64,000 nt of DNA from Nitrospirota bacterium (GTDB lineage Bacteria; Nitrospirota; UBA9217). The notes beneath the pieces are model-generated. The model was not told the DNA's origin. It saw only the letters and a program-made list of their open reading frames with translations, and ran no database searches. The stretch lies in the NCBI GenBank assembly GCA_963840455.1, contig CAWIYV010000007.1, positions 128,001-192,000 on the forward strand, written 5' to 3'. Numbering within the stretch: the stretch's first letter is position 1; each line of letters begins with the position of its first letter. Shown piece by piece: positions 19,983 through 31,991 of this stretch. Both the position numbers and the translations under genes were made by a program.

Positions 19983-20396
19983 ATGAGATTCGTATTGAAT
20001 GTCGCTCTGATGCTGTTGTTCCTTTCGGGACCTGCGCTGGCAGATGAGCAGGCCGCTGCAAAACGGTTTGTCGCGACCATCGACAAGGACGGGTATCAAC
20101 GCGTGGAGATGACGGCAGGAGAGTATTATTTCGATCCTTCGGTCGTGGTGGTGAAGGTAAACGTGCCGGTGGAGCTCACGATCAGGAAGACCGGCGGCAT
20201 TACGCCCCATACCATTGCCATGAAGGCACCTGAGGCGGGCCTCGATTTTACGATCGATATCTCGAAAGACCCGAAAAAGATCTCGTTCATGGCGACGAAG
20301 ACCGGCACCTATCCCTTCGAATGCACCGAGCGGTTCCTGTTCTTCAAGAGCCATAAGGACCGGGGCATGCACGGTGCGCTCGAGGTGGTGGAGTAA
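19983..20396 (+). CDS. Exported cupredoxin-domain protein
   Basis: Signal peptide; YYFDP, PH, GTYPFEC...H...GM (His/Cys/His/Met type-1 copper-like ligands). Confidence 0.8.
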   Translation: MRFVLNVALMLLFLSGPALADEQAAAKRFVATIDKDGYQRVEMTAGEYYFDPSVVVVKVNVPVELTIRKTGGITPHTIAMKAPEAGLDFTIDISKDPKKISFMATKTGTYPFECTERFLFFKSHKDRGMHGALEVVE

Positions 20397-20459
20397 GGAC
20401 AGGAGTCAGGAGTCAGAACAACACCTTCTGCCGCAGCTGTTATTTCAAACCAAGATACA

Positions 20460-20891
20460 ATGATCGACAAAGAGTTCATCGCCTATTTCAAGCTTGCCCA
20501 CGGATTCTTCAATCTCTCCATGCTGGCTTTGTTCTGCTTCCAGGCCTGGATGGGCTTCCTGATACGGCAGGCGAGGACAACGGGGGCGCCGACGCCGCTC
20601 GACGCCGTCCGGAGGCACCGGAAAGCAGGGCCGGTCTTCGCGCTGTGGGGGGTGTTGGGATTTATCTCCGGGATGACGGTGGCGGTGCTCGACAAGGGCA
20701 GGGTGATCGAGTATCCGCTTCATTTCCTGACGGGCCTGTCCATCGCGCTGTGCATCGGCGGGGTCTACGCCGTCTCGCGCAGGATCCGGGCTGGCGAGCA
20801 GGCCTTCCGGAACATTCACTTCGGCCTGGGCCTGCTCCTGCTGGCCTTGTATGTCATCCAGGTCATGCTGGGCCTCAGCATCCTGCTATGA
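20460..20891 (+). CDS. Four-TM membrane protein with TM histidines (DUF4079/cytochrome b561-like)
   Basis: His in each helix region (AHG, RHRK, LHF, IHF); follows the cupredoxin gene. Confidence 0.65.
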   Translation: MIDKEFIAYFKLAHGFFNLSMLALFCFQAWMGFLIRQARTTGAPTPLDAVRRHRKAGPVFALWGVLGFISGMTVAVLDKGRVIEYPLHFLTGLSIALCIGGVYAVSRRIRAGEQAFRNIHFGLGLLLLALYVIQVMLGLSILL

Positions 20892-21036
20892 TCAGGGACC
20901 ACGTTAGGAATAGACGATACACATTATTGACCGCAGAAAGATTATGATACGTATGAGGAATGATGGATGGCCTTGAGCCGCTTCATATTTTCATCATACG
21001 TTAGCAGCGAAAGTCTGTGTTGAATTGGTCCCTCGC

Positions 21037-21154
21037 ATTGAAGCTCCCTGCAGCTCGCTTCAGGGAATCTTCGATCCTCAAGGTGGTATTATTTATTCTG
21101 ATCGCTCGCTAACTCCGCAGCAAGCTACGGGGGATGTGCTCGCTCCTGGATTCA
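21037..21154 (-). mobile_element. Non-autonomous IS200/IS605-end-like miniature element, full-length copy
   Basis: TGAAT-CCAGGAGCGAGC...hairpin CCGTAGC-TT-GCTGCGG...GAGGATCGAAG-hairpin-GGGAGCTTCAAT; homologous to two other loci; lies just after the kinase stop. The repeat is observed; the IS605 link is inferred. Confidence 0.7.
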
Positions 21155-21157
21155 TCC

Positions 21158-23416
21158 TCAGGCTCCTTTCTTGTCCAGCACCTCGCGGACCTTCAGCAGC
21201 AACTCGGTGGGGGACACGGGTTTGGAGATGAAGCTTATGCCTTTCTCCAGGATCCCCTCATTGCTGATCATGTCGGCGCTGTAACCGCTCATGAACAAGG
21301 CCTTGATCCCCGGCCTGGCGCCCCGGATCTCATCATAGGCAGCCTTCCCGTTCTTCCGGGGCATGATGACATCGAGCAGCAGCAGGTCGACCCTGTCCCG
21401 GTTCTCTCCGAAGACCCGCACCGCGTCGTCACCGTCCTTTGCCTCGATCACCTGGTATCCGAACTCCATCAGCACCGACCGCGTAAGGCTGCGGATCATT
21501 TCGTCATCCTCGGCCACGAGGACGGTCTCTGTTCCGCCGGACAGCGCCACGTCGGCACGGCGGGAGGGACCTTCTGCGTTCTTCGGGGTGAGCGGGAAGT
21601 AGAGGTGGAAGGACGTGCCCGCGCCCGGTGCGCTTTCCACGTCGATGAATCCCCGGTGCTGCTTGATGATCCCGTAGACCGTGGCAAGGCCGAGCCCGGT
21701 CCCTTTCCCCATCTCCTTGGTCGTAAAGAAGGGTTCGAAGATTCGTTCCCGAGTCCGTTCGTCCATACCGTCGCCGGTGTCGGCGACCGTGATCCTGACG
21801 TAGGGGCCAGGCTGTCCGTATTGCTGCGCGGCGACGAACTCGGCGTCCAGGTCCGCGACCGCGCTGGTGATGGTCAGCCTCCCGCCGCGCGGCATGGCGT
21901 CCCGGGCGTTCGTCACCAGGTTCATCAGCATTTGCTCGACCTGGATGCTGTCCGCCAGGACCGTCGTGTTCCCGTGTGTCAGTTCCGTCCTGAGCTCGAT
22001 GTCCTCGCGGATAAGCCGTTTCAGCAACTTTTCCACGCGCATGATGATGCCGTTCAGCTCCAGGGGGAGAGGATTAACGACCTGCTTCCTGCTGAAGGTC
22101 AGGAGGCTCTGGGTCAGTTGGGCGGCGCGCTGCGAGGTGGTGAGGATGCTCTCTGCGTAGGTGCGGAGTGGATCGGTCGGCGCCAACTTCATCTGCAGGA
22201 GGTTGCCGTACCCGATGATCGCGGTCAGGACATTGTTGAAGTCATGGGCCACGCCGCCCGCCAGGAGGCCGACGGCCTCCATCTTCTGGGAATGCCGGAG
22301 CTGGTCTTCAAGCTTCAGGCTGTCCGTGACATCATTGGCCAGGACGATCTCGGCCCGCCTGCCGCCGAAGTCCACGGTGTGAGAAGTGATCTCGACGTAG
22401 ATGAGCGAACCGTCCTTCTTCCGGTGACGCCAGACGCCGGCCTTGTCCATGCCTGTTGTGACGCGGGAAACGTTCTCCATGAGCGGAGAGACGTCCTCGG
22501 CGGGACGGATGTCCTTGATGGTCATGGACAGGAACTCGTCGCGGGTGTAGCCGTAATGATTCATGGCGGCGTCATTCACCGTCAGGAACCGGTAGGTCTC
22601 GATATCGTAGACCCACATGGGGTGGGGATTGCTCTCGAACAGGATCCGGTACTTTTCCTCGCTTTCCACGATGTGCCGCTGGTGGCGCTGGATGTTCCGG
22701 GAGAACAGCATGATGCCGCCCGTCCCGATGAGCCAGAGGAGCGTGTGGCTCATCAGGAGCGTCTTCTGCTCCTTCGCCTCGGCCTCGAAGTGGGGCCGCA
22801 GCGGGACCGAAATGCTGATGCCGCCCCGGATGTCTCCGACCTTGTAGCCCTGGTGGCCATGGCACTTGAGGCATGCCTCCTCGGTCATGAATGGCCGCAT
22901 GATCCTCATGTAAGGCTCGTCGCTGAGGGTTGTCTCGCTGCTCAATTCCTTTACCCCCCGCTCGAACTCCTGGAGGGCTGTTTTTTCCCAGGCATCGGGC
23001 CGGTTGACCGGATTGACGTAATTGAGGCTCGTGAGGTGGCTGATGATGGGCAATGCGGAACGCTTGCTGATCAGTTCGAAGACCTGGCGCGTCATCCAGG
23101 CGGGGTTCACAAGCGTAAGCTTCCTGCCCGTTGTCGTCGTTATGTCGCGCTCGGCGACCGTCAGATAGGGATTGGGCTGCAGGGTATCGGTGATGGGCAC
23201 GTACACGCCGCCGTGAAGAGTGCCCCAGCGCCGGAACTCGATCGTCAGGTCGTAGAACGACCGGGCGATGAGACGGGCCTTTTCGATGTTGTTAACATGG
23301 GTGACCTGCCAGTTCCAGGACAGGGAGACGAACATGAGCACGGACCAGCCTAGGATGAGCAGCAGGATGTACTTCTTCGTGCGCAGGGTCCATCGTTTTT
23401 TTGGGTTTTCGGCCAT
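21158..23416 (-). CDS. Hybrid histidine kinase with periplasmic heme-c sensor (DUF3365-like), PAS, HisKA, HATPase and REC domains
   Basis: [16 protein letters not shown] and CLKCH in the sensor; [22 protein letters not shown]; C-terminal REC (LLDVIMP). Confidence 0.9.
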   Translation of the reverse strand: MAENPKKRWTLRTKKYILLLILGWSVLMFVSLSWNWQVTHVNNIEKARLIARSFYDLTIEFRRWGTLHGGVYVPITDTLQPNPYLTVAERDITTTTGRKLTLVNPAWMTRQVFELISKRSALPIISHLTSLNYVNPVNRPDAWEKTALQEFERGVKELSSETTLSDEPYMRIMRPFMTEEACLKCHGHQGYKVGDIRGGISISVPLRPHFEAEAKEQKTLLMSHTLLWLIGTGGIMLFSRNIQRHQRHIVESEEKYRILFESNPHPMWVYDIETYRFLTVNDAAMNHYGYTRDEFLSMTIKDIRPAEDVSPLMENVSRVTTGMDKAGVWRHRKKDGSLIYVEITSHTVDFGGRRAEIVLANDVTDSLKLEDQLRHSQKMEAVGLLAGGVAHDFNNVLTAIIGYGNLLQMKLAPTDPLRTYAESILTTSQRAAQLTQSLLTFSRKQVVNPLPLELNGIIMRVEKLLKRLIREDIELRTELTHGNTTVLADSIQVEQMLMNLVTNARDAMPRGGRLTITSAVADLDAEFVAAQQYGQPGPYVRITVADTGDGMDERTRERIFEPFFTTKEMGKGTGLGLATVYGIIKQHRGFIDVESAPGAGTSFHLYFPLTPKNAEGPSRRADVALSGGTETVLVAEDDEMIRSLTRSVLMEFGYQVIEAKDGDDAVRVFGENRDRVDLLLLDVIMPRKNGKAAYDEIRGARPGIKALFMSGYSADMISNEGILEKGISFISKPVSPTELLLKVREVLDKKGA

Positions 23417-23450
23417 AGGTGGCTCAATAGTAACATATTGTCCGGTCAAA

Positions 23451-23600
23451 TGCCATGGTCATAGCGGCCTGCCGCATCCTCGGGCAGCCGCCATGGTGTT
23501 CGAAAACCGTGCATATGCCACTTTTCCTGCCCTGCCGCGCCGACAGGAAAGTAGCCAAGAGGTTGATACTCCTGCACAAGACCTTTGGCAGGGAAATTGC
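23451..23600 (+). promoter_or_regulatory. Sigma54 promoter with paired UAS and IHF site (nifB-like gene)
   Basis: TGGCAGGGAAATTGC at 23586-23600 (GG-N10-GC); IHF match TATCAACCTCTTG on the minus strand at 23556-23568; paired 17-mers at 23451 and 23470. Confidence 0.75.
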
Positions 23601-23620
23601 TTTTAACTCATACAGGGCAG

Positions 23621-24424
23621 ATGGTGAAGAATGAGCATAGCATGGACATGATCACAGGGCATAATCAGGAGGCCACAGAAGCTGGATTGCCGTCGGTCCT
23701 CGCCGGCAAGGGGAGAACCGTCTTCCTACCGGTAGCAGCAGGGGTGAATGTCGATTGTGCATGCTGTGGGACACACGCCCCGTGTCCCCACGCGCTTCCC
23801 ACTGTGCTGGAAGGCAGGGCGCTCGAACCCGATGAAGCCCTCGACCGGGTCATCCCCATGATGGAGCATCGGGGCCGTGTTGACGAACTGTGCATTGCCG
23901 GTCCCGGTGAAGCGCTGGTCAGCCCGGCAACGAGGGTCGTTCTCCGCGTGCTTACATGGCGGTATTTCGGCATCGTCCGTGCAGTCTGGACCAATGGTCT
24001 CCTGCTCGCCGAACAGCTTGATGAACTGGCCAGGCTCGGACTGAACAGTGTCATCATTACCATCAATTCCTATGATCGGCTGACCGCTGAGCGCCTGTAC
24101 GCGCGGGTCACCTACCGGGGAAGAAGTTACGTTGGCAGGGCGGCAGGGGACCTTCTTCTCGAAAAGCAGTGGCTCGGCGTGTCCCTTGCGAAGGACCACG
24201 GTCTTCACGTCATGGTGCACTCGGTCCTTGTTCCCCGGGTGAACGAGACGGACCTCGGTCAGATCGCAAACAGGGCGAGCAGGCTCGGCGCCGACGGCAT
24301 GGTCCTGACCTCTCTGGGCGGACCTCAGCTGGAAGACCCGGACAACAGGCATGTCAGCACGCTGCTCCTAGCAAAGCGCCGGGAACTGAGCGCCTATATT
24401 CCGCAGGTGGAATTCATTTCGTAG
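23621..24424 (+). CDS. Degenerate NifB-like radical-SAM-fold protein
   Basis: LPVA, IAGPGEAL, TNGL, ITIN, YRGRSYVGRAAGDLLLEKQ, SVLVPRVN follow the NifB core, but CxxxCxxC reads VxxxCxxC and the HPC, ExRP and CxxCRxDA motifs are missing. Start uncertain (23621, 23642 or 23648). Confidence 0.75.
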   Translation: MVKNEHSMDMITGHNQEATEAGLPSVLAGKGRTVFLPVAAGVNVDCACCGTHAPCPHALPTVLEGRALEPDEALDRVIPMMEHRGRVDELCIAGPGEALVSPATRVVLRVLTWRYFGIVRAVWTNGLLLAEQLDELARLGLNSVIITINSYDRLTAERLYARVTYRGRSYVGRAAGDLLLEKQWLGVSLAKDHGLHVMVHSVLVPRVNETDLGQIANRASRLGADGMVLTSLGGPQLEDPDNRHVSTLLLAKRRELSAYIPQVEFIS

Positions 24425-24554
24425 AACAGCTTCATCGAGCATACTGCATGCCCGGAGTTCCCCGTTCCACATCCCGGACATGCATTGTGTTTTCCTCCCT
24501 CTCCCCGATCCAACGACTTCCTGCAATCAATGCTGTGCCCCATCGCTATCCGGG

Positions 24555-24700
24555 TGCTCAGGAAAGCATCAGGTGCTGAAATCATTTGCGTTGTGCGCGC
24601 CGGTTCATGACGACGTTGCAGCGGTTCAGGCGTGAATGACACAGAAAAGGCCTGATAGTCTTGCATTATCGCATTCACCGGATTTTGGCACGGCTGATGC
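24555..24700 (+). promoter_or_regulatory. Sigma54 promoter with paired UAS (porin-amt-glnK operon)
   Basis: TGGCACGGCTGATGC at 24686-24700; 17-mers at 24555 and 24574; IHF-like site at 24645-24657 (minus strand). Confidence 0.8.
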
Positions 24701-24833
24701 AATAGGTCTGAACAAGGAGGTTGTTCCAGCGACAACTTGATGTAGAAAGGCTCCGGAGGTCTTTCATCATTTGCAGCACCGCCTGCATCGCAGGCAGAAT
24801 AAACCCGCAAGGGATATCGAGGAGGAGAAGACA

Positions 24834-25955
24834 ATGAAGAAGATCGTATCAGTTGTATGTCTGGCGCTGCTCGGCGCCACAGCCGCCTTTGCGGAAGACG
24901 CGAAGCCGGCAGGATTGAAGCCCGATGACGTGAAGAACGCGTTGGGCGTGAGCTTTTATCTGCAGGGCAGCTATATCTACAACGGGAATGCAAGCCAAAT
25001 GACAACCGGCTCGGGCGAGAACGACCTGCGCTGGCTGGACCACAGGGCCAACAGCTTCACGCTGGACCTCGCTCAGATCGTCATACTGAAGGACCCGACG
25101 GCCCCCGGGACCGCCGGCTTCAAGATGAAGATCTCGGCCGGCGAGTGGGCGAAGTTGATCCACGCAACGGGCTTAGGCGACGCTGCGCCGGGTACGAATC
25201 CTGATTCCTTCGACCTTACCGAGGCATACCTGAGCTATATTGCCGGCGTCGGCAAGGGGCTCCGGTTCGACTTCGGTAAGATGGGCACCTTTGTCGGAGC
25301 GGAAGTGCTGGAGGCGAAGGACAACCCGAACTATTCACGCTCGTTCCTGTTCAACTACGCCGAACCGCTCACCCACACGGGTTTGAAGATGGGTTACTCT
25401 TTCACCGATGCCGTAAACGCCGCATTCTTCGTGGTGAATGGCTGGGACAACGCGACGGACAACAATAAAGCAAAGACCTACGGCCTGAGCATCGGCCTGA
25501 CCCCCGCCGAGGTGTTCTCGGCGAGCATTAACCTGCTGCAGGGCGCCGAACAGACGGATAACAGCAGCAACATGCGGACGCTGATCGACCTGGTGGCAAC
25601 GGTCAAGCCGACCAAGAAGCTGGCGATCATTCTGAACTATGATGACGGCAAGGAGGAAAAGGCGGTCGCCGGGGCCGATGCCAAGTGGTCGGGTCTCTCG
25701 TGCATTGTGAAGTACGACATCACCGACAAGTACAGTTTCGCGCTCCGGGGCGAGACGTTCGACGACAAGGACGGCTTCCGTACCGGCACTGTGCAGAAGC
25801 TGAAGGAAGTGACTGCTACGTTCGACGCCAAGCTGGACGGCGGCCTGATCCTGCGGCCTGAGTACCGGCATGACTCATCTGACAAGCAGTCCTTTGACAA
25901 CGGCACCAAGAAGACCCAGGACACCATCGCGCTGGGTTTGATGTACAGCTGGTAA
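24834..25955 (+). CDS. Outer-membrane beta-barrel porin (BBP2/DUF1597-like)
   Basis: Signal peptide, LTEAY, GAEV, NYSRS, HTG, NGWD, EYRHD and C-terminal MYSW; GAGGAGGAG RBS. Confidence 0.85.
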   Translation: MKKIVSVVCLALLGATAAFAEDAKPAGLKPDDVKNALGVSFYLQGSYIYNGNASQMTTGSGENDLRWLDHRANSFTLDLAQIVILKDPTAPGTAGFKMKISAGEWAKLIHATGLGDAAPGTNPDSFDLTEAYLSYIAGVGKGLRFDFGKMGTFVGAEVLEAKDNPNYSRSFLFNYAEPLTHTGLKMGYSFTDAVNAAFFVVNGWDNATDNNKAKTYGLSIGLTPAEVFSASINLLQGAEQTDNSSNMRTLIDLVATVKPTKKLAIILNYDDGKEEKAVAGADAKWSGLSCIVKYDITDKYSFALRGETFDDKDGFRTGTVQKLKEVTATFDAKLDGGLILRPEYRHDSSDKQSFDNGTKKTQDTIALGLMYSW

Positions 25956-25992
25956 GGAATAACGATCGTACAGCTAGAAAAGGAGAAATGCC

Positions 25993-27962
<1,970 letters not shown>

Positions 27963-28006
27963 TGCATCAATTTCCCCCATACCTCCCTGATGTGGCGGGA
28001 ACCGTG

Positions 28007-28039
28007 GGCCGGCAGGAGAGATCCTGCCGGCCTTTTTTT
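28007..28039 (+). terminator. Rho-independent terminator
   Basis: ggccggcagga-gaga-tcctgccggcc followed by T7. Confidence 0.9.
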
Positions 28040-28090
28040 GCATTACCCTTTCCCCATCTTCGGGAATACTGACCGATGTCCAACTGTATA

Positions 28091-28236
28091 TGGCTAATTA
28101 TTCACCACTTGCCCACGAAATAGTCTTTTCGTTTTCCCATGCCTGGCTTGATCAACATCACCTTGCTCAGCGAATCATTAATAATCAATCTGTTATGCTT
28201 TGAAAGACGATGTCTATTAATTGGCATATGCCTTGC
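28091..28236 (+). promoter_or_regulatory. Sigma54 promoter with paired UAS and IHF site (amt2-glnK2)
   Basis: TGGCATATGCCTTGC at 28222-28236; IHF AATCAATCTGTTA at 28183-28195; 17-mers at 28091 and 28110. Confidence 0.85.
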
Positions 28237-28295
28237 TATTAGCCAAGTAGAAAACTGAACGAAGCTCGTCATATTAGTTTAAGGAGGATACTGTT

Positions 28296-29648
28296 ATGGA
28301 AAGGCTCTCATTGAAAACGGTCTTGTTGCTACTGGCCTTGTTCGTGTCAGTGGCAGGTATCATGGCTGGCAGTGCCATCGCCGAAGAGGCAGCGGCCCCG
28401 GTTGCAGTATCGGCATCGGTGCCTGCGCCGCCGAAGATCGACACGGGCGACACGGCGTGGATGATCGTGGCGACGGCACTCGTCATGCTCATGTCCATAC
28501 CGGGGCTGGCGCTCTTCTACGGCGGTCTGGCGAAGACCAAGGACACCCTGAACACCATGGCAATGACCTTTGTCACATTCTGCATCGCCAGTCTGCTCTG
28601 GGTTGTCTACGGGTATTCATTCTCCTTCGTTGGCGACATCGGCAGTGTTATCGGCAGCGCATCGCGGCTGTTCCTGAAGGGGATAGGGCCAAACAGCATC
28701 TCGGACCTGGCGAAGACGATCCCTGAGTACATCTTCATCGCGTACCAGCTTACCTTCGCGGCGATCACTGTGGCGCTGGCGAGCGGCGCTTATATCGAAC
28801 GCATGAAGTTCTCGGCCTGGGTGCTCTTCACGGTGCTCTGGTTCACCGTGGTCTACCTTCCGGTGGCCCACTGGGTCTGGGGAGGCGGATTCCTGGCGAA
28901 GCTCGGCGCGCTGGATTTCGCCGGAGGAACGGTCGTTCATGTGAATGCGGGCATCGCGGCGCTCGTGGGCGCCCTCATCCTCGGAAAGCGGCGCGCGAAG
29001 GCGATCATGCCGGGCAACCTGACGCTCGTCGTGACCGGCGCGGGGCTCCTATGGTTCGGCTGGTTCGGGTTCAACGCAGGGTCGGCGCTCGCGGCCAACG
29101 GGCTCGCTGGAGCGGCCTTCATCAACACCAACACTGCGGCAGCGGTCGCGGCGCTTGCCTGGATGTTCGTGGAATGGATGCATTCCGGCAAGCCAACGGT
29201 CCTGGGTCTCGCCTCGGGCGCGGTGGGCGGCCTGGTCGCCATCACCCCGGCGGCGGGCTTCGTGAACATCGGCGGGTCCATCATCATCGGCATCGCGGCG
29301 GGCGTGGTACCGTTCTATGCAGTGGCGAAGCTGAAGCCCCTGCTCGGCTATGACGACACGCTCGACGCCTTTGGCATCCATGGCATCGGCGGCACCCTCG
29401 GTGCGGTCCTGACCGGCGTGTTCGCCGACCCGGCGATCAACGAGGCCGGGAAGGGCCTGCTGTACGGGAACGCGGGCCAGCTCTGGATACAGATCGTGGC
29501 GGTCCTGGCCACGCTGGTCTACAGCGGCATCATGACGGCAATCATCTTCTTCATCATCAAGGCCGTCGTCGGTCTTCGGGTCGACACGGAAGAGGAGACG
29601 ATCGGGCTCGATGAGACCGAGCACGGAGAGCGGGCGTACAATTCATAA
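28296..29648 (+). CDS. amtB: Ammonium transporter AmtB (paralogue 2)
   Basis: DTGDTAW, PGLALFYGG, ERMKF, DFAGGTVVH, WFGWFGFNAGS, YDDTLDAFGIHG. Confidence 0.95.
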   Translation: MERLSLKTVLLLLALFVSVAGIMAGSAIAEEAAAPVAVSASVPAPPKIDTGDTAWMIVATALVMLMSIPGLALFYGGLAKTKDTLNTMAMTFVTFCIASLLWVVYGYSFSFVGDIGSVIGSASRLFLKGIGPNSISDLAKTIPEYIFIAYQLTFAAITVALASGAYIERMKFSAWVLFTVLWFTVVYLPVAHWVWGGGFLAKLGALDFAGGTVVHVNAGIAALVGALILGKRRAKAIMPGNLTLVVTGAGLLWFGWFGFNAGSALAANGLAGAAFINTNTAAAVAALAWMFVEWMHSGKPTVLGLASGAVGGLVAITPAAGFVNIGGSIIIGIAAGVVPFYAVAKLKPLLGYDDTLDAFGIHGIGGTLGAVLTGVFADPAINEAGKGLLYGNAGQLWIQIVAVLATLVYSGIMTAIIFFIIKAVVGLRVDTEEETIGLDETEHGERAYNS

Positions 29649-29733
29649 TAAATTCGTAAGGCGCCAGGTGAATGGCTAAGACGGTTGACATCGTTCAACC
29701 ATTATGCCTGCCCCCTCACGGAGCTTACTATAA

Positions 29734-30081
<348 letters not shown>

Positions 30082-30106
30082 TCCGGCTGAATGCAGGAAA
30101 CAGAAT

Positions 30107-30141
30107 AAGGCCCGGCAGGAGAACCTGCCGGGCCTTTTTTT
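30107..30141 (+). terminator. Rho-independent terminator
   Basis: aaggcccggcagg-agaa-cctgccgggcc followed by T7; nearly identical to 28007-28039. Confidence 0.9.
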
Positions 30142-30335
30142 CATCTCACTGACGTCGGTTCATTGCGTCAGTTGTGCCGAAGGTGCGGGTTCTGAGACTG
30201 CCCGTTGCGCAGCCCGGGCCCTCTCATGTTCCATGCATTCGGTGGTCATGAGCATCCCGGACAAGGACATCACCATCCTTGAGAGTGAAGGCAGTTTTTT
30301 TTGCAGCAATACGCCAGGAGCGGACCGTCCGAACC

Positions 30336-30484
30336 TGCCCATAAATTACTCACCTGCCTCATGATTCATCATGCTGTACGTGCGTAGCCCGTGCTATCTG
30401 GGTGCTCTGTACCGGTCAAGGATGAATGAAATCAAATAGTTTCCCATGATTCAAACCTGCCTGTTCTCATGGCACATCACTTGC
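30336..30484 (+). promoter_or_regulatory. Sigma54 promoter with paired UAS and IHF site (amt3)
   Basis: TGGCACATCACTTGC at 30470-30484; IHF-like AATCAAATAGTTT at 30430-30442; 17-mers at 30336 and 30355. Confidence 0.85.
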
Positions 30485-30541
30485 TTAATTATTAGGATGA
30501 TGCGCAACTGCTGTTCATTTTTCCCTGAAGGAGACTTACGC

Positions 30542-31873
30542 ATGATGACCCCGTTGAGCAAGGTTTCGGCAGTGGTTTTCCTCATCGTTCTCGCCCTGGC
30601 GCTTCTGCCGGCGCCGGTCCTGGCAGAAGAGGCCGCGGCCGCTGCGACCAGGATCGACACGGGAGACACGGCGTGGATACTCATCTCGACGGCGCTCGTG
30701 ATGCTCATGACACCGGGGCTCGCCATGTTCTACGGCGGCATGGTGCGGAGCAAGAACGTGCTCGGCACCATCATGCACAGCTTCATTGCCATTGCCCTCG
30801 TGAGCGTGCAGTGGGTGCTTTTCGGATATTCGCTTGCCTTCGGACCCGACGTGAACGGCCTGATCGGAAACCTCAGCTGGGCCGGCCTTGCGGGCGTCGG
30901 GACTGCCCCGAATGCCGACTACGCGGCTACAGTGCCGCACCTTGCGTTCATGGCCTACCAGATGATGTTCGCCGTCATCACGCCGGCGCTCATCAGCGGT
31001 GCGTTCGCGGAGCGGATGAAGTTCTCGGCCTACCTTGTTTTCACCCTGGCCTGGACCACGATCGTCTATGATCCGGTGGCGCACTGGGTCTGGGGTGCAG
31101 GCGGCTGGATGAAAGGCCTGGGCGTGCTGGACTTCGCCGGAGGCATCGTGGTCCATGCCACGTCAGGGTTCTCGGCGCTGGCCGCTGCGCTCTACATCGG
31201 AAAACGGAAGGGCTTTCTGCAGGAGTCCATGCCGCCCCACGATCTTCCCCTGACCGTGTTCGGCGCCGGCATCCTGTGGTTCGGCTGGTTCGGTTTCAAC
31301 GCCGGCAGCGCGCTGTCGGCGGGCGGCCTTGCCACGGTCGCGTTCGTGACAACCCATCTGGCAGCGGTCGCGGCGACCCTCACCTGGACCCTGGTGGAAT
31401 GGTATCATCGCGGGAAGCCGACCATGTTCGGCGCTGCCACCGGCGCCATCGCCGGTCTTGCCACGATCACTCCCGCGGCAGGCTTCGTGAGCCCCATGGC
31501 GTCCCTAGCCATCGGCGCCAGCGCCGGCCTGCTGTGCTACACGGCCCTGAACGCCAAGGTGAAGTTCCGGTACGATGATTCGCTCGACGCCTTCGGCGTG
31601 CATGGTGTCGGCGGCACGCTCGGCACGGTCATGGCGGGCGTCTTCGCGTCAACGGCCATCAATGCCGGCGGGGCGGACGGACTTTTCTTCGGCAACCCCC
31701 GCCAGCTTGCCATCCAGGCGGGCTCGGTGCTGCTTATTGCCGCTTACTCCTTCGCGGTCAGCATAGGGCTGTTCAAGGTGCTTGATATGACGATGGGGCT
31801 GCGGGTCGCCAGGGACGAGGAGATCGAGGGGCTCGATATCACCCAGCATGGGGAGCAGGGGTATATGCACTGA
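30542..31873 (+). CDS. amtB: Ammonium transporter AmtB (paralogue 3)
   Basis: DTGDTAW, PGLAMFYGG, DFAGGIVVH, YDDSLDAFGVHG; start moved to ATG 30542 (AGGAGA RBS, downstream of the sigma54 site). Confidence 0.95.
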   Translation: MMTPLSKVSAVVFLIVLALALLPAPVLAEEAAAAATRIDTGDTAWILISTALVMLMTPGLAMFYGGMVRSKNVLGTIMHSFIAIALVSVQWVLFGYSLAFGPDVNGLIGNLSWAGLAGVGTAPNADYAATVPHLAFMAYQMMFAVITPALISGAFAERMKFSAYLVFTLAWTTIVYDPVAHWVWGAGGWMKGLGVLDFAGGIVVHATSGFSALAAALYIGKRKGFLQESMPPHDLPLTVFGAGILWFGWFGFNAGSALSAGGLATVAFVTTHLAAVAATLTWTLVEWYHRGKPTMFGAATGAIAGLATITPAAGFVSPMASLAIGASAGLLCYTALNAKVKFRYDDSLDAFGVHGVGGTLGTVMAGVFASTAINAGGADGLFFGNPRQLAIQAGSVLLIAAYSFAVSIGLFKVLDMTMGLRVARDEEIEGLDITQHGEQGYMH

Positions 31874-31880
31874 AGAACCA

Positions 31881-31991
31881 ACAGGGGGACAGGGGGACGA
31901 GAGAACGGACACGGAGACGAGGGGGGAGGGCAAGAGCTTAAGAGCGTAAGACCTCCTTCGTACCTTCCTATCTTCCTACCTTTTTACCTTC
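31881..31991. repeat. 8-nt-unit low-complexity repeats between the convergent amt3 and EamA genes
   Basis: acaggggg-acaggggg-acgagaga...; aagagctt-aagagcgt-aaga facing cttcgtac-cttcctat-cttcctac-ctttttac-cttc. Confidence 0.6.

Noticed and set aside
21134-23353. 739-aa plus-strand ORF
   Set aside because: Antisense shadow of the hybrid kinase, as expected in GC-rich DNA; no recognisable motifs.
23506-23520. Minus-strand TGGCATATGCACGGT as a sigma54 promoter for the kinase
   Set aside because: The -12 position reads GT rather than GC.
23621-24424. Functional nifB, implying a nitrogen fixation cluster
   Set aside because: Essential Cys ligands are missing and there are no nifHDKEN genes in the window, so no gene symbol was assigned.
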